NCBI GenBank assembly: GCA_030390025.1
Contig: CM059432.1
Span: 19,842,001 to 19,906,000 of the forward strand
Length of the DNA: 64,000 bases
DNA from: Squalus acanthias
Lineage: Eukaryota
Direction of reading: 5' to 3'
Notes under the pieces: model-generated
Database searches by the model: none
Seen by the model: only the letters and a program-made list of their open reading frames with translations
What the model was told of the DNA's origin: nothing
Position numbers and translations under genes: made by a program
In this document: positions 26,888 through 40,229 of the stretch, piece after piece
Layout: each line of letters opens with the position of its first letter
Position numbering within the stretch: the first letter of the stretch is position 1

Positions 26888-27563
26888 AGAACATAAGAAT
26901 ATAAGAAACAGGAGCAGGAGTAGGCCAATCGGCAAACAAATGGCTGCTGTTAAGAGCATGAATATCGCACTGCCCCACAGCATTCTGGGATGCTACTAAT
27001 CCACGTCATCATCGGTCCAAAAAAAAGGGGTCACCAGAGTGAGGCAAAATCTGCTTTTAACACTAACACTAAAGCAATAGTATTAATAAGTTCATGGCTG
27101 ATCCAATCTTGGCCTCAACACCACTTTCCCGTTCTCTCCCCATACCCCTTGACTCCCTCGTAGTTCAAATGTCTGTCAATCTCCGCCTTGAATATATTCA
27201 ATGACTCAGCCTCCACAGCTCTCTGGGGTAGAGAATTCCAAAGATTCACGACCCTCTGAGAGAAGAAATTCCTCCTCATCTCCGTCTTAAATGGGCGACC
27301 CCTTATTCTGAAACTATGACCCCTAGTTCTAGATACCCCCGCTAGGGAAAACATCCTCTCAGCATCCACCCTGTCAATCCCCCTCAGAATCTTATATGTT
27401 TCAATAAGATCATCTCTCATTCTTCTAAACTCCAATGAGTATAGGCCCAACCTGCTCAACCTTTCGTCATACGTCAACCCCTTCATCCCAGGAATCAACC
27501 TCGTGAACCTTCTCTGCACTGCCTCCAATGCAAGTATATCCTTCCTTAAATATGGAGACCAAA
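26888..27563 (-). mobile_element. CR1 3' fragment, 3' UTR interrupted by a local duplication
   Basis: Minus-strand CR1 translation from 27563 to the stop at 27115 (FWSPYLRKDILALEAVQRRFTRL...); tail at 26888-26930 separated by 26931-27076. Confidence 0.9.
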
Positions 27564-28996
27564 AATGCCCACCCTTAATCCAAATACTTTGGGGAAAATG
27601 CAATACTGCAGATTTTGAACACATATTTCCATTCAACCTTTGATAAATGTTGACAAAGTAAGATAGAATGTTTGTTTGTGGAGGATCTAAATACCTTGAA
27701 TTAATACTGATGGGAATAACCTAAAAAAGGTCTTTGACATAAATTTACATTAAAGTAATTTTTCATGTTCAATGTCAAAAAATGAATGAAGTCCACAGAT
27801 TTCTAATGCTTCTTTATAACTCCAGTTTCATCATAATCAACTTGTGCTATGTGCATTAATAAGAAGCAACAAGACTAATGTTCATAGAATGCGTTGCAAT
27901 TAATGATTGAACCGATGCTAACTTCCACAGGTAATATTCAGAGATTTTCTTACAGCCAAATTGGATATTACATTACCTTTTAAATAAGATTAGGCAAAAG
28001 TGAAAATTACTGTGAATTTAAAATTCATTATCAAGATTCATATCTTCCAAATAAGCATAAATTACATCTACCTCCTGTGGATCAAAATATAGATTTGATT
28101 CCTGAACTTCCTGACACAGGTTACAGATATGAAGCAAGAGAGCCTAATGACTACATGAAGCAAGGATGCATTTGGTGACAAGTGCTTTTCATTGATGAAT
28201 GCCACGGAAATGCAAGCTGCCCTATTTTTTTTTGTTGTAAAGATCAGTTTATCAACTCAATTTTAGAACTCGCCAGTGCACAAGTATTTTTAGGAACAGG
28301 AAAAGGCCATTAAGTTCCAACCACCCTGTCGCTTTTCGAGATCTATATCTCACCTAACTGCCCCTTCTCACCAGGAACACTACTCGCTTCCCTTCTCAAT
28401 TGCCTCATTTTGAACTTGCATCAGCTACTTTGAGAACTCTTCACCACAGTGAACAATTTACCCAGGTCAGCTTGACGCATTCGCTTCCGAATCTTGTAAA
28501 CATCTTTTGGAAATTTGCCACAGTTGCTGACTAAAGATGAAATAAATCACCCTCTGCTACTGTACTACTTTGAGGAATGGAATACTTGCCAATTTCAGAT
28601 AACCCATGTACGGTGTAGCGCTGTTCAATGACATGTGTCAGCCTTGACTCAGCAGAAGCACTTTGCCTCTGAGTCAGGAGATCATGAGTTGAGGGCCTGC
28701 TCCAGAGACTTGAACACATAATCTAGGCTGACGCTTCATTGCAGGACTGTTGGGATGCTGCATTGTTGGTAGTGCCATTTTTTGGATGAGACTTTAAACC
28801 GTTTACCTGCTTAGGTGGATGTGAAAAATCCCACGGCACTATTGAAAAAAGAGTCGGGGGCTTTTCCTTGTAACCTGGCCAACATTTATTCCTCAACCAC
28901 TTAAAAAAAGATTAGCTGGTCATCTATCTCATCACCGTTTGTGGGACCTTGTGTGTAAATTGGAATTTTCTGAAGTGTCTTCTTAGGCAGTCCCCC

Positions 28997-29509
28997 TTAT
29001 CTGAGGAGGGATGTTCAGCGAAGATTCACCAGACTGATACCTGGGATGGCAGGAATGACGTATGAAGAGAGATTGGGTTGATTAGGCTTATATTCGCTAG
29101 AGTTTAGAAGAATGAGAGGGGATCTCATTGAAACTTATAAAATTCTAACAGGACTAGACAGACTAGATGCAGGAAGGATGTTCCAGATGGCGGGGGAGTC
29201 CAGAACCAGGGGTCACAGTCTAAGGATAACGGGTAAGCCATTTAGGACTGAGATGAGGAGGAATTTCTTTACCCAGAGAGTGGTGAACCTGTGGAATTCT
29301 CTACCACAGAAGGCGGTTGAGTCCAATTCATTAAATATATTCAAGAAGGAGTTAGATATACTTCTTAAGGCTAAAGGGATCAAGGGATATGGGGAGAAAG
29401 CAGGGACAGGGTACTGAATTTGGATGATCAGCCATGATCAAATTGAATGGCGGAGCAGGCTCGAGGGTCCGACTGACCTACTCCTGCTCCTATCTTCTAT
29501 GTTTCTATG
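28997..29509 (+). mobile_element. CR1 3' fragment nested in the RTE 3' end
   Basis: ORF 29112-29417 plus TTCTATGTTTCTATG tail; splits the RTE sequence GGCAGTCCC|AACCGAGGATGAC. Confidence 0.9.
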
Positions 29510-30636
29510 AACCGAGGATGACTTGCTTCCACATTAAAAATTAGTTTTCAGGTGACTGATGGGTCCAATGTGGGACCTACAATCTCTGTCACAGGTGGGG
29601 CAGTCGGTGGTTGAAGGGGCGGGTGGGTGGGGGTGCTTGGGTTGACGTGCGCTCCTTGCACTTGGCTTCCGCTTGTTCCCGGCAAAGAGACTCGAGGTAT
29701 TCGGCGCCTTCCCAGATGCTTCTCCTCCACTTTGTGCGGTCTTGGGTCAGGGATTCCCAGGTGTCAGTGGGGATGTTGCACTTTTTTAAGGAGGCTTTGA
29801 GGGTGTTCTTGAAGTGTTTCCTCTGCCCACCTGGGGCTCTCTTGCCGTGACGGAGCTCTGAGTAGAGCGCTTGTTTTGGGAGTCTCGTATCGGGCATGCG
29901 GACGATGTGACCCGTCCATCGGAGCTGATCGAGCATGGTCAAAGCTTCGATGCTGCGGATGTTGGCCTGAGCGAGAACACTGACGTTGTTGCGCCTATCC
30001 TGCCAATGGATTTGCAGGATCTTGCGGAGGCAGCGTTGGTGGTACCTCTCCAGTGCTTTGAGGTGCCTGCTGTACATGGTCCATGTCTCTGAGGCATACA
30101 GGAGAGCGGGTATTACTACTGCTCTGTAGACCATGAGCTTGGCGCTAGGTTTGAGGTCCTGGTCTTCAAACACTCTCTTCCTCAGGCGACCGAAGGCTGC
30201 ACTGGCACACTAAAGGCGGTGTTGGACTTTATCATCGACGTCTGCCCTTGTTGACAGTAGGCCCCTGAGGTATGGAAAGTGGTCCACGTTGTCCAAGGCC
30301 TTGTCGTGGATTTTGATAATTGGGGAGCAGTACTGTGTGGCGGGGGCAGGTTGGCAAAGGACCTTTGTCTTACGGATGTTTAGTGTAAGGCCCATGCTCT
30401 CGTACGCTTCGGTGAAGGTGTTAACGATGGTTTGGAGTTCGACCTCCGAGTGTGCGCAGACGCATGCGTCGTCTGCATACTGTAATTCAACGGCAGAGGA
30501 TGGGACGACCTTGGATCTGGACTGGAGGCGATGGAGTTTGAACAGTTTCCCGTTTGTTCTGTAGATTAGCTCCACTCCAGCGGGGAGCTTACTGAGGGTG
30601 AGATGGAGCATTGCAGCCAGGAAGATCGAGAAGAGC

Positions 30637-31590
30637 CACCTCCAGCGTGATCCCACCACCAAACACATCTTCCCCTCACCTCCCCTTTCAGCATTCCGCA
30701 GGGACCGCTCCCTCCGCGACACCCTAGTCCACTCCTCTACCACCCCCAGCACCCCTTCCCCTTCGCCCGGCACCTTCCCGTGCACGCGCAGGAGATGCAA
30801 CACATGCCCTTACACCTCCCCTCTTCCCACTGTCCAGGGCCCCAAACACCCCTTCCAGGTGAAACAGCGATTTACTTGTACTTCCTGCAATTTAGTATAC
30901 TGTATTCGCTGCTCACGATGTGGTCTCCTCTACATTGGGGAGACCAAACGCAGATTGGGTGACCGCTTTGCGGAACACCTCCATTCAGTCCGTAAGGGGG
31001 ACCCCGAGCTCCCGGTGGCCTGTCACTTTAATTCACCGCTTCACTCCCACTCTGACCTCACCGTCCTCGGCCTATTACACTGTTCCACGGAAGCGCAGCG
31101 TAAGCTCGAGGAACAGCACCTCATCTTTCGTTTAGGCACGCTACAGCTCTCTGGACTCAATATCGAGTTCAACAATTTTAGATCATAACCTCAGCTCCAA
31201 TCTCACTTATATTTTATTTTTTCCATCCTTTTATTTGCCCCCCCCCCACCTTTTTTTTCCTCCTAGAAGCTGGCAGCTGTCCTTCATTCTGCCAGTGGAT
31301 TTCACACTTCTTTCAGCCTTAATCTGTCACATTAACACCACCTCTAGCCTTGCATATCTCTTAATGTCTCTTCATCTCCCCCTTTGTTCTTTTATCCCCT
31401 CCCCCTTTTCCCAGCTTTACTCTGGCCTTAAATCTATTTGATTTCCGGCTCTTCACAGTTCTGACGAAAGGTCATCGACCTGAAACGTTAACTCTCTTTC
31501 TCTCTCCACGGATGCTGCCTGGCCTGCTGAGTTTTTCCAGCGTTTTCTGTTGTTATTTCAGATTTCCAGCATCCGCAGTATTTTGCTATC
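30637..31590 (+). mobile_element. Penelope-like element 3' part with GIY-YIG endonuclease and terminal repeat
   Basis: NLVYCIRCSRCGLLYIGETKRRLGDRFAEH...GLN, stop at 31188; 14-bp TSD AGATCGAGAAGAGC (30623-30636, 31591-31604). Confidence 0.92.
31456..31495 (+). ncRNA. Minimal type I hammerhead ribozyme in the Penelope terminal repeat
   Basis: AGTT-CTGACGA-a-AGGTC(atc)GACCT-GAAAC-GTT-AACT: conserved CUGANGA and GAAA boxes, stem II, palindromic AACGTT stem III and a short stem I. Confidence 0.7.
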
Positions 31591-33104
31591 AGATCGAGAA
31601 GAGCGTTGGTGCGACTTTTCTGAAGTGTAGTACAACAGTGACTACACTTTAAAAGAAATTAATTGTTTGTGAAGTGCTTTGGGGTGTTGTGAGGACATAA
31701 AATGTGCCATACAAATGCACATTGTTTCTTTACTGCTTTCAAATCAAGCTCTTTCTACACTGCTCTATCAACATGTCTTAGCACCAATCTTAAAAGAAAA
31801 TCCGTTTTTAAAAAATCATTCTAGGGATGTGGGCATCACTGGCAAGGCCAAAATTTATTGCCCATCCTTCGTTTCCCTTGAGAAGGTGGTGGTGAGGCTT
31901 CGTCTTCAGCTACTGCAGTCTGTGTGGTGAAGGTGCTCCCACAATGCACTTAAGTAGTGAATTGTGACACAGAAAGAAGAAAGACTTGCATTTATATAGC
32001 GCCTTTCATGACCTTAGGACATCCCAAAGTGCTTTATAGCCAATGAAGACACAGTGACAATGAAGGAATGGTGATATATGTCCAAGACAGCATGATTAGT
32101 TATCGGCAGCACACTCTGCTATCTGTCCTGTCAACAGTGTGAAGGTCATTTTTCTCTCTCAGTCTCTGTGCTGCCTAGACTTCTTTGATGGTTTTTCAGC
32201 TGCTTTACTCCGCTCACAGCCTTTCCTTCAAAGACTGGAAGAGATCGAAGAAATCTGTCAATACCAAGGTGCTAGATGTCTTCCGATTGCTAACAAATGG
32301 GCTATTTGCTTAGGAATTCTTCGAAACAATAGCCCATCCCACACTAAAATCGTCGCTCATCTGCGTATAGATGGCCAACCCAACGTGGGACTGTCAAATG
32401 TCTTTTACACGGAAAAAATGGCCACAGAATCGCAAACCATGACAGGTTCTTTAAGCGGGAGAGGAAATGGGCAAAAGAGTTCTGTGAAAAGTGAAGCTTG
32501 GAGAGCATTGGAGTTAATTCTCAAGGTGATGAAAGCAATGATGGCATGGAAGGGTAGGGCTGTAAGGAAGCAATGTTACAGAGAATATGGTATGGTGGTA
32601 GAGTGGATCTGTTTCAAAAAAAACCCGAAGCTCAGACTTGAACTGGATGCTGGGATTGCGCACCTAACCAGGGAGATTGATGCCGAGTTAATGCCAAAAG
32701 TAACCAAGGGCTAATGAGAACCAAAAAGCATAGCTTTGGACATTTGACCCATCCAAGCAGCGTACTGGTAAGGTTCCTGCTGCTTGTCCTGTTTGGGCCA
32801 CCCTATCCAGGATGGTTTGTAATTTTATCTTGCGCTTATCCCAGCTCCCAGTAACAGGCCTGCCATCATAGATTCCATCCAAGATGGCTGGTCAACAAAG
32901 CAGGGACTTGAAGTACTGAACATCTGCCTGGCTCAGTTATCAGATTACTGAGCCTGCCAGAGCAGATTGATTCAGTTCCAATATGCCATTGGCAGGTATG
33001 TCATCGTGACCCCATAGAGACCCTACGTACATCAAAATAACGGAAGTAGGACTACAAGCTGAGTGCTTTGGCATTAGATACAACTGAATGGAAATTTTTA
33101 ACAC

Positions 33105-33275
33105 AAAAGCAAAATGCTGGAAATCTGAAATAAAACCAGAAAAACTCAGCAGGCCAGGCAGCATCTGTGGCGAGAGAAACAGAGTTAACGTTTCAGGTCA
33201 ATAACCTTTTGTCAGATTCTGTTTCTTTCTCCACTCATGCTGCCTGACCGGCTGAGTATTTTCAGCATTTTCTGT
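33105..33275. mobile_element. Penelope-derived palindromic terminal repeat
   Basis: Fold-back arms like 26330-26501; degenerate hammerhead on the minus strand (CTGACAA...GACCTGAAACGTTAAC). Confidence 0.7.
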
Positions 33276-36154
33276 ATAGAAATTAGGACATGTGTTAATT
33301 TTTAGAGATTAAATGAAGTAAATGCTCGTCATGTTATCAAGTATTGAGAACATTTTGTGTGTGCAGTCAGAATTGTACATCTCATCTACTGACGTACAAC
33401 TGTTGGACAAGTTGGGTTCAGTATATATGATGCCTTCTGAATAAAGATCTGTATTGTGAAGAATGTTTTAATATGGTAAAGAGGTCACATTCATTCTGAA
33501 TTTGTAAAGCCCTATAATTAACCTGAACACAGAGTTTACAGACTACAGTACATGGAGCAACAACTATCCCTTGCGACAACTATCTCTTGCGACGTTAACC
33601 TTCCCGTTGTTCTACTGTCACCCAGATAAATGTTCATTTTATTTTCTAAACAGCAATCTATTGAAAATAATGAATCCCCATGTTTCCAAGCTTTAAAGGA
33701 GAAATATTGCCCTCAGGGTTCAGAAGACTAATGGGGTATTATTGTGGCCAAAGCTGAAGTCAGGGGCCATTACTACATACTTGAGATAACAGAAGGAACA
33801 ATATAGCTCAGTTGCCACAGCAGAACATATCTAGTGACTGTGATAACTATGTCTCTGGGCTATATTGAGTGGCAGGAAAAAGACAGAGGCAGCAAGATCC
33901 ATGGCTTTGTTGGGAATAGAATAGTGAAGCTATGATTTAGTTTTACTGCAGTGTCGAAAGCTCCAGATGACCTCTGCTTATTTAAAGAAGGAATATGCTT
34001 TTAATAAATATATTTTTTTAAATGTTTAAATGAAATTCCTCTGGAGGGTAATTTTAAAAGTTTTTTCTTGTTAGAATTGTCTGAGTAATTCAACTGGTTT
34101 CCCTAGTCTGTCCTCATGTGAAATGTGATCAAACTGTAGGGGAGTGTGAATGCCGATCTGTAGTCTGTTTCATCATACATATTTAAAATAGCAGCACTAG
34201 GAGTGTAGAAGGTATCAGTTATTGCATTATTTTTTTTTAAATCGTAAAACATATTATATATAGAATAATGAGTACCTTACAGTAAACTCATCAAGTGGTT
34301 CAGATGATATCATGAACCACAGAGTCAACCCAGAGGCGATATTACAATCTTGAACCCCAGGTACCCATTACTGGTGCCAATAGTCAGTCCCATAATTTCG
34401 ATAGAACTTCTGAAGATTACTATCAATAACTATTGGAAGAACACACAATCTGAAGTTCAGTGGGGTAAGAGGGAGAACAACCTCAGTAACTGGCTTCACT
34501 CAAAAACTAACCCTTAAATAGCTGGATTTAATTATTTGGAAATAGCAATATTAATATATAAGCAAGTGCACTGTTTACCTATCTGTTACAATTGGAGAAA
34601 GTTGAATCTGACATCAGGTATAAGATACACAACACTTAGTGCATTCTGTTACTCAACAAATGCTATTCCTTTAATTTATTTACAAGTTGAGTAAGAGCGA
34701 ATGCGACTTTTAATGGAATCTCAAGCATTCATCCAATAGTCATCTGAATGAGAGAGGCGAGATTTGGGATTTTCTTCTTTTATGAGAATGTAATCTCTCT
34801 ATTTGCCATCTCTTCAGGTAGTTGTTACCAGTCCACCTCCAGCAGCCATTCCCCCAATACTGTCTTTCGGTTAACTACTTAGTGATATGCAATGGCTGTC
34901 TAGCGAAAATTCTTCCTTCTGATTTTTATTCCCCCCTGCAGTATAGACTCTCTCCACAATGCCTTGACTGAGATCAGGAACCCAAGATCATCAAAGCTTT
35001 GTTCCTCTATTCTGTGCCTGTGCAGCCTGCCGTTAGCAGGGGCAAGAAACCTCTTCTGTTGTGTGTAGGTTCTAGCAGTGAGAAGTTTTTTTCCCCTATA
35101 GATGTGGTGTGCCCAACACCTCTCGTAGTAAAGTTTTGAAAAAAGCACCTGTGGGGCACTTACCAATCACAATAAACAACGTGAAAGCCAGAGCTGGAGA
35201 AGGATCAGGAGGTGTGAGCTGTCCTTCTTTGATGGTACAATTTGCTAAGCCACTACCATAACTCCACCCTTTCAAAATCTGAGCGCCAAAGTGAGCCCAG
35301 AACTTCCGATAAACTAACAGAAACCAGCAACCCAATGCTACGCAAAGTGCCCAAAGGGATCACGCAGCACTCAGACCCAGAGCGAACTGAGGCTTATGCC
35401 TTGCTCCCTAAAACCTAATTCCACCACAAAGAATGACCTCAGCGTTGTCGGTGAGTGAGACAACCCAAATGAACTGAATTGTGCCAGATATATTTATCTG
35501 CAAATACTATACAACCTGTAACATACTATTTATTCCATATAATACCATGACTTGAGAAGGAGGGTAATTTTATATAATTCAACAAAACAAGAACATTTCT
35601 CAGTGGCCATTTATGGGCTATAGATGGACACTATTCGTTTAACATTACAGGAAACATCTATTAAATTGGGTCTGAAAGGTGCATGAAAGACATCAGCATA
35701 TGACAGACACAGCCAGATTTATCTCAACGCAGCCAACTGGCAACACCTGAACTATAACAGACGAAGGAGATTTATTTTAACTGCACTCGCCCTCCTGCGG
35801 TGAAATTGCTAATTTAGTGACGAATAGTGCCAAGTTATGGGCCCCTTTCTGCTGTGGGCTTGATATTAGGTGATATTGACTATACGCACTGTGTGTAGAA
35901 TTCTTACGGCCAGCAGAGAAGAGAGACTTTCATCCATCCATCCATCTGGGCTGGATTGGAAGCCAGAGATGAAAGCGAGTGCATGAAGCCACAGTGCCAC
36001 CCAACACCATCCAGCCCCCACATATGTTTAGATTTTAAAACTAACATAATCCAGATACTCAAATAATTCTAGCCTTTTACTTTATTTCCTACACCAATTT
36101 GATCCCTTCCCTTCCCCACCTGAAGGCACTAATTCCTTACTGGGTTTTGGTTCT

Positions 36155-36520
36155 ACAACAAGAATTTGCATTTATATAGCACCTTTAACGTAGTAAAACA
36201 TCCCAAGGTGCTTCACAGGATCATAATCAGACAAAAAGTGACATCAAGCCAAAGAAGGAGACATTACGACAGCTTGGTCAGGTAGGTTTTAAGGAGCATC
36301 TTAAAGGAGGAGAGAGAGGTGGAGAGGCAGAGCGATTTCGGGAGGGAATTCCAGAGATTGGAGCATAGACAGCTGAAGGCATGGCTGCTAATGGGGGGAG
36401 TGAAGGAAGTTGGGGGTGCACAAGAGGCCAGAATTGGAGGAACGCAGAGTTCTCAGAGGTTTGTAGGACAGGAGGAGGGTACAGAGATAGGGAGGGGACG
36501 AGGCCAGGGAGGGGTTGTCC
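36155..36520 (-). mobile_element. L2 3' fragment
   Basis: TTGCATTTATATAGCACCTTT tail (reverse complement) and GGGAGGGAATTCCAGAG L2 motif. Confidence 0.7.
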
Positions 36521-37069
36521 TCCTAAATGACTCAAGTGACCATTGTTCACATGGACAGTGTCAAGCAAGCTATTCAACCTATCTGGCCTTACCCAAAGCC
36601 TACACATGAACACTTCCAGCAGTGGTCACTGGATAGGAATCAGAAATCTTGGCTGATTTCTCCCTCCCCCACCCAATTCTGGGGCACTGTGGCCAAATGC
36701 TACATTAACTGAGCCACCAGAGAGCTCTGTATTACCCTGGTTACCAGCCAAATCAGGGGTAAATTAATTGAATCATTTTTAAAATGGAGACATAACTTTC
36801 AATTAAGTACAATCTGCAAAAGTCATTAGAAAAATAAATCCGATACTTGGATTTATACAGAATCTTATCACACCAGAGCAACTCAAATTCAATGACTTAC
36901 TTTTGAAATGAATGTTGTTACATAGGGAGCCATTCTGCACCAACAATGTCCCTCTTAGTCCGTTTCTTGATAGTACTGGTTGAGAGAGAAATGTTGGCTG
37001 AGACCAAGAGAAATCTCAGGTCTTAATCAAATTCTAGAGCAATGCAGAACTAAGCTCACTTCTCTGCTC

Positions 37070-37480
37070 ATAGATCATAGATCAGTCACTTCCTCTGCTT
37101 CAAATATTTGTCCACCTTCCCCTTAAAAGATGCAATGGCCCCTTCTATGCGCCAGCAACTCTCTGTATAAAGACATTTCTCCCAACCTCTCACCTCATCA
37201 TTCTGATCTTAAATTGATGACCCACTCATCACTGACACTCCAAGCAGAGGAAATAATCTATTCAGTTCATTAAAACTTTATAATTAAAAAAAACCCTCTA
37301 TAAAATCTCCTCTTAGCTTTCCCTGCTCTGGTGAAAATAGTCCCAGTATTTCAAGCCTCCTCATATCTATAGACATCCATCCCTGTCATCATCCTGGCGA
37401 ATCTATGCTGAATCCTCTCTGTGGCTTTAATGTCCTTTCTATATAGTGAGGTGTCCAAATAGTGCTCTGTGGCCTAACTA
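37070..37480 (-). mobile_element. Old CR1 fragment
   Basis: Degenerate match to the reverse complement of the CR1 C-terminal coding region. Confidence 0.5.
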
Positions 37481-37855
37481 TTGGCATGGAGACATTTATC
37501 ATCACCATTTTACTCCTGGATTCTGTGCCCCTATTTATAGTGTACAGCAGATAAATGAGCATCTACAGGAGAAAAAATAGGTTAAAGTTTCTAATGAGTT
37601 CTCAGGAGGGTCCCACCCAAATTGTTAATCTGTTTTTGTTTCCGATGTTGACTGACTTTCTCTGGTTGCATACCTGTTTCATTCGCTTTAACTCACAAAG
37701 GATTTCATTTATTAACTGGAAATAGAACAAAGAATTTAACCTAAAGTTTCTGATATACTTTTGACAGCAACTGAAAGGAACTTAACATTCTTAACTACGT
37801 TACAAAGTGAAATTCTGATGTTGTGTCTTGTGCGATGGATTAGAAAAAACTCTTT

Positions 37856-38624
37856 GGGCTTGATATTAACGGGGAACTGGGGAGGGTGCGGGGAGGGAGC
37901 ACGTAAGGCCGAGGACGTGGAGCCCCTGCCGGTCTTAACGCGGGACGGGCCTCGGCACTTGGAGGGGAGCATCAGCTCTAGGCCACGATCGAAAGGGGGT
38001 GGATGAGGCTTGCGATCAGGAGGGGAAGGGTGAGGAGGCTCGTGATCGGGGGAGTGGGAGGCTGGAGATCGGGAAGGGGAAGGCTGGAGATCAGGGCTGG
38101 GTGGGAAGCAAGAAGGCAGTGATCGGGGTTGGGGGTGGGAAGGTGGGTGGGCGGGGGGGGGGTGGTCCTGCTGCGATTAGGGCTGGAGTGCGTCTTGCCG
38201 CGATTGGGAGGGGTTCAAGACTTCCTTATGAGGTCCAGATGAACACTCCTTCTGGCCCACAAGAAAACATGGAAAGTAAATTTTAAGCTTTCCTGCTGGG
38301 CCTCTTCTGGCCCAGGATCCAGCTGCCAGCAGGTTTTGGCCGACAAGGGGAGCCAATACTGGCCTCTCCGCTCACTCCCCACTCAGGCCTCTGATTGATA
38401 TTGCAGGTTGGGTCCTGATGACATCATCGAACCCGATTTGCATATTTAAAACAGGACCCCGCTTCCTTACTGTGGGTGTCCCGCTCGCCTGCTCAAACGA
38501 GCAGGCTAATATGGGGACACGATGGGAAGGAAGTCGGATCAGTGGGGGGGTAACTGACTCCCGTTATTTTAACCAGCCCTCCCCGCCCATTTTCCGCCAG
38601 GTGGGGGCAGTTAAAATCAGGGCC
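37856..38624. mobile_element. PIF/Harbinger-type MITE
   Basis: Imperfect TIRs GGGCTTGATATTAAC / GTTAAAATCAGGGCC; 3-bp TSD TTT. Confidence 0.75.
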
Positions 38625-39454
38625 TTTGAGTCTCAGGGAAACAGCTTTGCCAATAGAAGGTAAACCTGTGCATCCTCTCTCTCTTTATTCAATCTTTGAT
38701 GGTAGAGTTGCCAGCTATCAATACATTACATTCTGGATTTTGCTCAACTGACTACTTCTGTCCCCACTTTCAAAACTTCCTCAAAAGGTAACTCTTTGGC
38801 CGTGCCTTTGTTCCCTAACTATACCACTAATACATCTGTTCCTTCCTCCTTTCTTAAGCATCTTGGTATATTTACTACATAAACAGCACTATAGACATGG
38901 AAGTTCTTGTTAGAATTATGACTGGCAGAAGGAGAATTGAATCCTGCAAGTCTGGGATGGTTTCAAACCATGTTGCAGTGGTATTAGAAACCACTCAGTC
39001 ATCCAATTCTGAATTTACATGCTATTAATAGGCTATATTCCCACAGTAAGAAACTTTTTTCTGGTCTGACAAGTCAATCTTACCAGGGGGTTTCCTTTCC
39101 TTTCATAAAGGAGCTTCAAGCTGATTTTGTTAATCCCCACGAGTTTATAACCCGGTTTACATGATCTCTACGATTGAACTCTTTGTTGACTTGATTAAAT
39201 CTTGTTGACGAATTGGAAAATATAATGTTCCTCCAACACATTTACATATAGTCAATATTTTGTTGGATCGTTAAGTCAACAAAAAAATTCTCACTTCCTG
39301 CCAATAAATCTTGCAATGTCAACTCACTCTAGATGTTCCTTACATCTGAAGGAGAACCGAAGCTACAAGCTAGAAAGAACTCACATTTGTCAGCAGATGG
39401 CAACTGGATGGTCAGAGAGTGAAGCCTAGAAACTGTCCGGCCCAGCGCAGTGAG

Positions 39455-40229
39455 AGGCCGGGGAGATTTTAACTCCTGGGATTCATCTGCATGAGCCAGG
39501 TCAGTCTCCCGTCCAAATTGAGTCGGAACCACAAGCAGGTGAGAGGGATTTCAGACAGCAGGAACATTGCTGCCAGGGACCAGGAGAAATGGTCCCCGGC
39601 TATCCGCTAAGTGCTTAGGAGGGGCGTCAGTAGGGCACTGTGGTAATTGAGAGAAGCCCGGGGCAGGGGACGCCCAAAGTTTTCTTGTGGGTCCTGGCCC
39701 ACAAGGAAACGAAAACAAAATTTAAATGATTTTCCTTTCTGGGCCTCTTCTGGCCTGGGATCTGCTTGCTGCCCAATTGGGCTGGTGAGGAGGCTGCTTC
39801 CTCGTGCAGGCCTTGGGTTAAAATTACAGTCGGGCCCAGATGACATCATCTGATGGGGATGTTGGGATGAACTGACAGCAGATGGGACATGAGGCTGGGT
39901 CGACAGAACGCCGCAGTATTCTTGTGGAGGACTCTTGCTCCTCCAGGGCATACGAAAATCAAATTAAATTAAAAAAAATTGGGCTGTTTTTTGAAATTAC
40001 TGCCCATTTGTCCCTCAAAATTGTAACTGGGGTCCTATGGATGTCACAGAACCCCATTTTGCATATTAAAAAGGCTTACTGCTCCCAACAGCTGGGCATG
40101 CCGCCTTCCCATTGGAAGGGCCCTTCCAAGATGGCGGCAGCCGGAGCACGGCATAAACAGGGCGATCCAATGCCATTTTCAGACCGCGACCATCCCGTTC
40201 ACACAGGGCGGCCCAACTTAACATCGAGC
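39455..40229. mobile_element. Related Harbinger-type MITE, degraded
   Basis: Shares GGGCCTCTTCTGG, GATGACATCATC and ATTT(T)GCATATT motifs with 37856-38624; ends GATTTTAAC...TTAACATCGAGC. Confidence 0.55.

Larger units (their letters stand above)
28979..31615 (-). mobile_element. RTE LINE, 5'-truncated, carrying nested CR1 and Penelope insertions
   Basis: 13-bp TSD TTTTCTGAAGTGT (28966-28978, 31616-31628); ORFs with ELQYADDAC and LRWTGHIVRM; same family as 15969-17822. Confidence 0.92.
28633..31730 (+). mobile_element. Deu-SINE split by an RTE insertion (SINE parts 28633-28965 and 31629-31730)
   Basis: tRNA-like head and Deu domain on the left, L2-like tail on the right of the RTE TSD. Confidence 0.75.

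Noticed and set aside
30210..31188. Apparent novel RT/GIY-YIG fusion ORFs
   Set aside because: Chimeras across the RTE/Penelope junction defined by a 14-bp TSD; the two elements are on opposite strands.
32139..32714. 191-aa ORF
   Set aside because: Non-ATG start, no recognisable domain and no supporting neighbouring exons; probably chance.
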